Shown here piece by piece: positions 55,919 through 62,563 of a stretch of 62,563 bases of DNA. This DNA is from Candidatus Levybacteria bacterium RIFCSPLOWO2_02_FULL_37_18. GTDB taxonomy: Bacteria > Patescibacteriota > Microgenomatia > Levybacterales > UBA12049. Below the pieces are notes generated by a model. It worked only from the letters and a program-made list of their open reading frames with translations, was not told where the DNA came from and did no database searches. The stretch is taken from assembly GCA_001784115.1 (NCBI GenBank), contig MFPD01000002.1:1-62563 (forward strand). Reading direction: 5' to 3'. Position 1 is the first letter of the stretch, and the number at the start of each line of letters is the position of its first letter. The position numbers and the translations under genes are program-made.

Positions 55919-56866
55919 ATGGCAGCACCAGAAACACCAACAGTTAAACCGGACAATTTTCCAGCTACGTATCCTCCTCTTATTCCTACAGAACCCCAAC
56001 TTCTTGCCGATGATTCCTATGAACAATTTGTAAGCGCACCAAAAATTGTTGCAGTTGATACCGAACTTGCAAGAAGAATTCCAACAGTAACAAAGAAAAC
56101 ACTCCTTGATAATGGAACAGGAACCGGTGCAATGATTATCCATGCACATGAGCAAGGTAAGCTAGTACATCCTTTTAAAGTAGTTGGGGTTGATCCGGAC
56201 ACGAAGGCTCTTGATAAAGCAAAAGCAAAATTAGCTTTTTTGGGTGATGCTGTAGAGTTAATAGAAGGTAAATCAGAAGACCTTCCGGTTCCTTCGGAAT
56301 CTGTTGATGTAATTATACATGCAAATTCTTCACATCTTGCAAAACCCATTCAGAAAGCTTTTAGTGAAAGTTTTCGTGTTTTGAAACCTGGTGGAGAGTA
56401 TCATATGATTATGGCATATGAAAAAAAAAGGTCATACGCAGAAGGTATGGAAGGAAGAGCCTGGGGATTATGGATTTCTCTTGTCCGAGAATACTTAATG
56501 GAAAGAAAAGGTTACAAAAAAGAACAATTCCAAAGCCCAGTTGATTTAAGACAACATACAGAAGAAGAGATGGTTCAAATGTTAAAAGATGAAGGGTTTG
56601 TTGAATTAGAAACAGAATTTGTTGACGTAGATATGGGTCCTGAAGAATTTGTTGGAATTGGAAATTACCATGATTTTGCCGAAGGCGCTTTACCTGGTAT
56701 TCCAGTAGAGGATGCTCGTGAAGCATTAGTTAAAACTGTTCCTGCTTTATTTAGGAGACTAAATAGAGACCATGAAAAAGATCCAGCAAAACCAGCAGTA
56801 GTAAAATCAACAAGAAGGTGGTTCTTTGTAAAAGCAAAAACCCGCTGCAGTGGCAACATAAAGTAA
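55919..56866 (+). CDS. class I SAM-dependent methyltransferase
   Basis: LLDNGTGTG, GVDPD, VLKPGG; TTGACA-17-TATTCT promoter (55866-55894). Confidence 0.85.
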   Translation: MAAPETPTVKPDNFPATYPPLIPTEPQLLADDSYEQFVSAPKIVAVDTELARRIPTVTKKTLLDNGTGTGAMIIHAHEQGKLVHPFKVVGVDPDTKALDKAKAKLAFLGDAVELIEGKSEDLPVPSESVDVIIHANSSHLAKPIQKAFSESFRVLKPGGEYHMIMAYEKKRSYAEGMEGRAWGLWISLVREYLMERKGYKKEQFQSPVDLRQHTEEEMVQMLKDEGFVELETEFVDVDMGPEEFVGIGNYHDFAEGALPGIPVEDAREALVKTVPALFRRLNRDHEKDPAKPAVVKSTRRWFFVKAKTRCSGNIK

Positions 56867-56874
56867 ATACAAAT

Positions 56875-57806
56875 ATGACAGAAACACGATTAGCCCGACA
56901 AATGGGAGCAGTAGACGTTCAAGGAACAGGATAACCTGATGCTAGGATTGGATTTACTCCCCAAGGCCTTATAGAAGCTCGGGAAAGAAAAATAATGCAA
57001 GGACAAGTTGCTATTGTAATTGGCGCAAGTCCTGACGGAATCGGCGGAGCAAGTGCCAGGCAACTATCCCTTCTTGGAGCAACTGTTGTGACCAGTTCTC
57101 GAAATAAAGGAGAAGAGTCACAACAAGCAGCTAATGCATTTGCCGCCAAACTAAAAGAAGAAACAGGATCTGAAGTTAACTGGATCCCGACAGATGTAAC
57201 AGATGAAAATTCGGTAAAAGCTCTGATTGATGAAACTATACAAAGATTTGGTCGGATTGATACTGTAAGTTATAAGTCCAGGTGTAAAGGAAGATACTGT
57301 ATTTTGGAGAATGTCAGAAGCACAAATGCCACAAATGCATAGAGTTTTTGAAACAAATTTCTTTGGTCCAATGAGAGTTGTAAAAGCTGTGACAAGCAAA
57401 TTGGTAAGACAAAAAGACGCCGCCTCCTGTGAAGTTTGTTGCTGTCTCAAGTGAATCTTCAATTGGAGCTCCGGGACAGGCAAATTACAGTGGATCAAAA
57501 GCAGCTTTAAATGCTGCTTTCCAATCCTGCATTCATGATATTGAATGGACTAGGCAAATGTTCCCTCATGTAAATGCAAGATTCAACATTGTTTCTCCGG
57601 GACTTACTAATACACCAATGGTTAAATCAGAAATAGAAGATGATGCAAAAAGGTAAATGATACTTGATTGGTCTCATGCGGATAGAGTTATGCCTCCATA
57701 CGAAGCAGGACAAGTGGTTGCATACCTTGCCTCCCCTGCGTCTGGTGATATTAATGGTCAAGTTGTTTCAGTAATAGGAAAAGGCGAAAACCCACCTGCT
57801 GATTAA
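56875..57806 (+). pseudogene. FabG-like SDR oxidoreductase with two in-frame stops and two frameshifts
   Basis: VIGASPDGIG, FGRIDT, NFFG, NYSGSK (YxxxK), VSPG, GQV; TAA at 56932 and 57654; extra base near 57268 and near 57420. Confidence 0.8.
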
Positions 57807-57826
57807 TCTCCTGCCTAATAGTATGG

Positions 57827-58702
57827 ATGATGAAGATTTTTGTTTTTAAATGAGTCGTCAAATTAGGATATCTCCAGGAAGTGTTAGATACTTTTGGTCC
57901 AGATAATCTTAATGCGAATGTTTGGCAAGATGTGCCAAATCCAGATTCTCCATTTTTTACCAACACTGCCTTTGTGCAGCCGCTGGTGTATACTCTTTCC
58001 GACCTGGCCGCTGAACTAACAACAGAGACTTTGCAAAGAAGAAATATCACTCCTATTTTTGTGGCCGGGCATAGCCTTGGCGAATACGAAGCGGCAACAA
58101 AAGCAGGATGTGTAACCCGCCTTCAAGGCTTAGAAATTGTTGCGTTTCGAGGAAGAATCATGCAGGAAGCTTCAGTCGAAAATCCGAGTAAATTAGTGAG
58201 CATTTTGGGTATGTCTGAAGATGAAGTAAGACGGACAATCTGCACAAGAATTGAAAGTGAAATTGCTTTAGTAAAAGCTCCTACATGTATTGTTATAGGA
58301 ACTTCAAAGGATACACCTACTTAAGACATCGAAGTTATTGCCAAAGAAAATGGAAACAGACGAGTAACTGAATTAGATACTGCGGGAGCTTTTCACACGT
58401 CTTTTATGAACAAAGCAGCTTGGAGGTTGGAAGAATTTTTAAGACGCTACCCTTTTGCAGACGCAGGCCTACCTTTTGTTGGCAATTTCAGCGGAACTTC
58501 TACTACCAAAGGCAACCAGATAAAAAAGCAACTAATAGGTGTTATGACACAAACAGCCCTGTGATCTGATGTATTACAAACAATAAAACAAGAAGATGCA
58601 AAGTTATTTGTAGAACTTGGCCCTGGCAATTCTTTTGCGTCTTTAAACAAAATAAATGGCATAGACCCAAGTACAACAATAGCAACTGCAGATTTATTCT
58701 AA
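57827..58702 (+). pseudogene. FabD-like malonyl/acyltransferase with in-frame stops
   Basis: VQP, GHSLGE, RGRIMQ, GAFH, VELGPG; stops at 57851, 58322 and 58561. Confidence 0.8.
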
Positions 58703-58799
58703 ATCCATTTCGTTTTCCCCAGTTACCCAGTTACTCTGCCTGCAATTTCCCTGGCTTTTTGCAGAAACCCGAAACTCCACCACAAAATTCAGTACATCA

Positions 58800-58824
58800 A
58801 TACGCTATAGCAGACTATTGTAAT
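58800..58824. repeat. direct repeat, left copy
   Basis: ATACGCTATAGCAGACTATTGTAAT (22/25 identical to 59457-59481). Confidence 0.8.
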
Positions 58825-58834
58825 TTTTAAAATT

Positions 58835-58894
58835 ATGAATTACTATTCTTACGGTATTACTACTACTAATAATAATAATAATAATAATTTCTAG
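58835..58894 (+). other. poly-Asn uORF / AAT microsatellite
   Basis: ATG..(ACT)3(AAT)7 TTC TAG, in frame with the downstream ATG at 58898. Confidence 0.45.
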
Positions 58895-58897
58895 AAA

Positions 58898-59467
58898 ATG
58901 AGTGCGGAAAAGACTAAGATCAGAACCCAAGATATCCTTAAAGTACTTGCAGCTTCGGGAATAATTTCTCTTACTCTCATTGCCCCCAGCATACCATTTG
59001 CACTTATGCAATTCTACAAATCTTGGAAGAAAGCGAACTCTGCGGATATTGGAAGAATTATAAAGCGTCTCCAAAAACAAGAAATGATTTCTATCCAGGA
59101 AAATAAGGATAGTATAACTATAGAAATTACAGAAAAAGGCAAACACAGAGTTTTGGAATATGATTTTGAGAATATTAAGCGTAAGGCTAAAAAACGTGAC
59201 GGAAAATGGAGACTTATTATTTTTGATATTCCAGAAGGGAAAAAACGAAATAGAGATGCTTTCAGGAAAAAATTGCTGCAACTGGGATGTATTTGGTTAC
59301 AAGATAGTGTCTTTGTGAGTGCTTTTCCATGCAAAGATGAGGTTGATTTCTTAAGCAATTATCTTGAAATATCAGATTATGTAACCGTAGCAGTTGTTGA
59401 AAAAATTGAACGAGGCGAAGAATTACTTTTTAAAAACTTACGTAACTTTGACATTGATACGCTATAG
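58898..59467 (+). CDS. PaaX-like protein (winged helix plus Cas2/VapD-like C-terminal domain)
   Basis: IKRLQKQEMI..ITEKG; WRLIIFDIPE..RDAFRKKL..G..LQDSVF. Confidence 0.8.
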   Translation: MSAEKTKIRTQDILKVLAASGIISLTLIAPSIPFALMQFYKSWKKANSADIGRIIKRLQKQEMISIQENKDSITIEITEKGKHRVLEYDFENIKRKAKKRDGKWRLIIFDIPEGKKRNRDAFRKKLLQLGCIWLQDSVFVSAFPCKDEVDFLSNYLEISDYVTVAVVEKIERGEELLFKNLRNFDIDTL

Positions 59468-59481
59468 CGTAATATTGTAAT
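59457..59481. repeat. direct repeat, right copy (contains the stop codon; palindromic core TACGCTATAGCGTA)
   Basis: ATACGCTATAGCGTAATATTGTAAT. Confidence 0.8.
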
Positions 59482-59525
59482 AAATGCGACGAGAAATATA
59501 ACTTTATCCTAACTTTAATTTACAA

Positions 59526-60872
59526 CTATGGCAGAGGGTATTTGCAAGCAAGTGAAATTACTTCCCGGTTAATTCGAAGAAGGGTTTTGTTTTTCCAGAC
59601 TTTTGTCCTGAAATCCTTCCAAAATGCGCTTCTTGCTTCTTTTATGGTGAGCTTGTCGAATCCATTTTTCTCAGGAAACTTTTCTGTGCTAACCGCTTCG
59701 ATTGTCTGATGAATCCACTTGGCCACTTTTTTCATTTCCCTTTCTTTGAGTCCACGGGTTGTAATAGCCGGAGTTCCCAAACGGATTCCCGATGGATAAA
59801 ATGGCGGCATTGGGTCATTTGGCACTGCGTTCTTGTTTAGAACTATTCCTGAAACTTCCAAAGCCAAAGCTGCAACAGCGCCGTTTACTCCTTTATTTTG
59901 TAAATCAATCAAAAGCAAATGATTATCTGTACCTCCTGAAGAAAGATTGAAGCCGTATTTAATGAGTTCGTCAGCCAAAACTCTTGCATTCTTTACTATT
60001 TGTTTTCCATAAACTCTAAACTTTAGGGTAGCAGCTTCCTTTAAAGCAACTGCTATGGCTGCTGTCTGATTATCATGCGGACCTCCTTGCAAACCTGGAA
60101 AGACTGCCTTATCAACTTTATCTGCTAATTCCGGGTCTTTTTTTAGTCCTTTTTGGGTTACCATTATCATAGCTCCTCTTGGGCCACGAAGTGTTTTATG
60201 GGTTGTGGTCATAATAATATGAGCGTATGGAACAGGACTTGGATGCACTCCGGCAATGATTAAACCAGTTATATGAGAAATATCTGCAAGTAAGTATGCT
60301 CCGACTTTGTCTGCAATCTGGCCAAATTTTTTAAAATCAATAATTCTTGGATATGCTGTTGCACCGCAGACAATTATTTTTGGCTTATGAAATTTAGCTA
60401 AACGTTCAATTTCTGCAAAATCCAAATACCCTTTCTTATCAAGAGTATAAGAAACAATGGGAAAATATTTTCCTGAAAAAGATACGGGCGAACCATGAGT
60501 AAGATGTCCGCCAAAAGCCAAAGATAATCCCATAATTTTGTCTTTGAATGGTTCTAAAAGAGCAAAATACACAGCGGTGTTTGCAGGACTACCTGAATAT
60601 GGCTGAACATTGACATGCACAACACCGAACAATTTTTTTGCTCGTTCTTCTGCTAAAAGCTCTATGTCATCGATTACCCTATTTCCCTGGTAATACCGTT
60701 TCTTCGCGTACCCTTCTGAATATTTGTTTGTTAACTCATTTCCTAAAGCTTCCATAACAGCGCCCGAGGCATAATTTTCCGAGGGAATCATTTCCAAGAC
60801 TTCCCTTTGTCTTTTTTGTTCTTCTAAAACGAGTTTATGAACCTGCGGATCTGTCTGTTTTAACTGCTTCAT
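59526..60872 (-). CDS. glyA: serine hydroxymethyltransferase
   Basis: IPSENYAS, NKYSEGY, GGHLTHG, TTTHKTLRGPRG, GIRLGTPA. Confidence 0.97.
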   Translation of the reverse strand: MKQLKQTDPQVHKLVLEEQKRQREVLEMIPSENYASGAVMEALGNELTNKYSEGYAKKRYYQGNRVIDDIELLAEERAKKLFGVVHVNVQPYSGSPANTAVYFALLEPFKDKIMGLSLAFGGHLTHGSPVSFSGKYFPIVSYTLDKKGYLDFAEIERLAKFHKPKIIVCGATAYPRIIDFKKFGQIADKVGAYLLADISHITGLIIAGVHPSPVPYAHIIMTTTHKTLRGPRGAMIMVTQKGLKKDPELADKVDKAVFPGLQGGPHDNQTAAIAVALKEAATLKFRVYGKQIVKNARVLADELIKYGFNLSSGGTDNHLLLIDLQNKGVNGAVAALALEVSGIVLNKNAVPNDPMPPFYPSGIRLGTPAITTRGLKEREMKKVAKWIHQTIEAVSTEKFPEKNGFDKLTIKEARSAFWKDFRTKVWKNKTLLRINREVISLACKYPLP

Positions 60873-61003
60873 AGACAAAGCGATGCTAATATTAAAAGTT
60901 CATGCAAATGATGCTAATAGTTAATTCTTATAATTCGCATGCAATTGGGCAACATTCGTATCGCTCACTATAAAATATTTCTCCCCCATTTGCAACGGGT
61001 AAA

Positions 61004-62563
61004 TTATTTTCCATTCCTATGCTCAGCTGCAATAAAAGCAGCATCACTGGTTACAATTCTATGATTATGCCCATTTACTGAAATATTCTCCCGAAGCCCT
61101 CCTATACTTTGAACATCCTGATCAGCCAGAGCTCTTCCCACAAACATCCTTCTGTCGGCAAAATCCTCAACAACAGAATTTACCGATGCAGGTTTAAATG
61201 TATAATTTGGCTTTCCCTCAACATCTTCTAATCTCCCGGCATTATTAAACCGAGATCTTGCAACATATGGGTTAAAAACCGCTTCTTTCCATATAGTTAT
61301 CGCACTCGCGCTACCGTGATAGGGCTGGGCTACTTTTCCATTTGTGTGCTCAACAAAAAGTCCGCCTGTCTCAATCCCACCCGCAATTCCACGTCTATTT
61401 AAAGAAATTACATCAAGCATTCCAAGCAATGCGCCTATCTCATCTCCTGTTCCGCCTTCTAGTCCGATAGCAGTATTATTAAAATCAGGATCTAAATACA
61501 TTGAGTACAAAAGCTCCAAAGAATTTGCTGTTCCCCCTCCGGCAAGAGATGTACAATTTTCTCCTCCTCCATGCCCAGCCAGCAAAATGTTTACGCCAAT
61601 ATTTGGATACACAAGTTGCTTAGCCTGATATAAATCAACAATTGGCCCAACACAAATGGTAAAATCTTCTCCAACTACCTCCCTTATCCTTCTGGCTGTT
61701 TCAACTGTCCTGTAATCTGTGTTTGTGGTATAGATTCGTACAGATGAACACCCTGCCTTTTTGAATTTTAAAACATCTTTGGCAATTTGTTTCGGGTCTT
61801 CGCATCCAACCGAAATTCCAATTTGGGCAATAACAATTTTTTCTATATCTTTTGGAAGACCATATGATTCTATTGCCTCTTTTGCTTGCTGAAACAGTTT
61901 AATCTGAAGATCCGGATTTTTTACAAATATACTATTTCTTGGAATATCAGACCTCATAAAAGACATGGCAGCTGTAACAAGCACGTCTCGAAAACCGCTA
62001 ACTGGCGGCATCCCGCCAATTGCAAATAAAGAGGATGGCACACCAACACTATTTAAAATAAGTCCTTTTGTTCGCGGTTTTTTTCTGCTCATTTCCCGAT
62101 CGGAAAATATTCTGGTATACCCTAGTTCCTGGGTTGCTGCTGTTTTATGAAAAATCATATTTCCTTCTTTATCTCTTATTACATCAAGCAATTTTTCAAT
62201 TACCAAAGACTGTGTATTGGATCGTTTTGAAATTTGCAAATCTCCACTTACTAAACTTCTTAAATATTCATATACCGCTTCGTTATGAAATTGTAAAAAC
62301 TCCTGTGCTCTGGAAGCCAAAGCAAGCCGAACTGCCTCTTTTCCCATCTGCCAAAAAATTACGTCTCCTTCTTTTGTAAGTTGAAGTCTTCTCGGGTTTC
62401 CATATAAATCAACAGCTTTATCCCATGGAGTAATAATAAGTCCAATGCTTGCAGAGTCTAAGTTAGAAACATATCTTTTAATATGGCCATCTGCATATTG
62501 TATTTCGTAATATGGAGGCATTTTTTCCACTCTAAACTCTGGATTTGGGGTAACTCCGGCAAG
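61004..62563 (-). CDS. highly divergent IMPDH/GMP-reductase-family protein (probably 5'-partial)
   Basis: GHGGGENCTS (compare GIGPGSICTT), LEGG, YHGSAS, VEG; the frame is open to the window edge. Confidence 0.6.
   Translation of the reverse strand, partial: LAGVTPNPEFRVEKMPPYYEIQYADGHIKRYVSNLDSASIGLIITPWDKAVDLYGNPRRLQLTKEGDVIFWQMGKEAVRLALASRAQEFLQFHNEAVYEYLRSLVSGDLQISKRSNTQSLVIEKLLDVIRDKEGNMIFHKTAATQELGYTRIFSDREMSRKKPRTKGLILNSVGVPSSLFAIGGMPPVSGFRDVLVTAAMSFMRSDIPRNSIFVKNPDLQIKLFQQAKEAIESYGLPKDIEKIVIAQIGISVGCEDPKQIAKDVLKFKKAGCSSVRIYTTNTDYRTVETARRIREVVGEDFTICVGPIVDLYQAKQLVYPNIGVNILLAGHGGGENCTSLAGGGTANSLELLYSMYLDPDFNNTAIGLEGGTGDEIGALLGMLDVISLNRRGIAGGIETGGLFVEHTNGKVAQPYHGSASAITIWKEAVFNPYVARSRFNNAGRLEDVEGKPNYTFKPASVNSVVEDFADRRMFVGRALADQDVQSIGGLRENISVNGHNHRIVTSDAAFIAAEHRNGK

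Noticed and set aside
54033-58702. Stop-codon reassignment (code 25, or TAA readthrough) explaining the broken genes
   Set aside because: Lesions include TAA, TGA and frameshifts, and intact genes in the window terminate with TGA, TAA and TAG (for example hisS, rpsB, cysS, hisG).
58800-59481. CRISPR array with cas2
   Set aside because: Only two repeats, separated by a 630-bp gene; no cas1 or spacers; the protein has an N-terminal winged helix like PaaX.
60873-61003. ZTP (pfl) or glycine riboswitch upstream of glyA
   Set aside because: Only a small GCAA hairpin and degenerate GATGCTAATA/CATGCAA duplications; the conserved riboswitch motifs are not recognisable.
654-62379. Numerous short antisense or overlapping ORFs in the six-frame track
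   Set aside because: They lie opposite or inside well-supported genes and show no motifs; treated as shadow ORFs.

Overview
AT-rich bacterial chromosomal window. Gene content and order (rpsF-ssb-rpsR-ctpA-degP, short EF-Ts, rpsB-tsf-[no pyrH]-frr, PaaX-like singleton, few Shine-Dalgarno sites) suggest Patescibacteria/CPR, probably Microgenomates; this is inference, with no marker phylogeny run. It contains a his operon (hisG-D-[kinase-like]-H-A-F-I-E-S, no hisB/hisC), many housekeeping genes, zwf/gnd, two prs genes, ocd-proS, a degenerate yhbH-spoVR pair beside two unusual sigma factors, a defective IS, a decaying fabH/fabG/fabD-like cluster and a PaaX/Cas2-fold gene bracketed by direct repeats. 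Main highlights: (1) two T-box riboswitches (His and Pro) that appear to have an ultrashort Stem I with the specifier codon in the apical loop but use transcription terminators; specifier codon, discriminator-pairing base and downstream genes all agree; (2) several families of short palindromic or 7-mer-periodic elements sit between genes and also in frame inside conserved genes (ychF, dnaX, recR, hisH, gnd, proS, rseP); (3) an APH/choline-kinase-fold gene occupies the hisC/hisB slot; (4) a direct-repeat-flanked wHTH/Cas2-fold cassette with a poly-Asn uORF. No rRNA, tRNA or CRISPR array was recognised. All calls are by eye from motifs; no database search was run.
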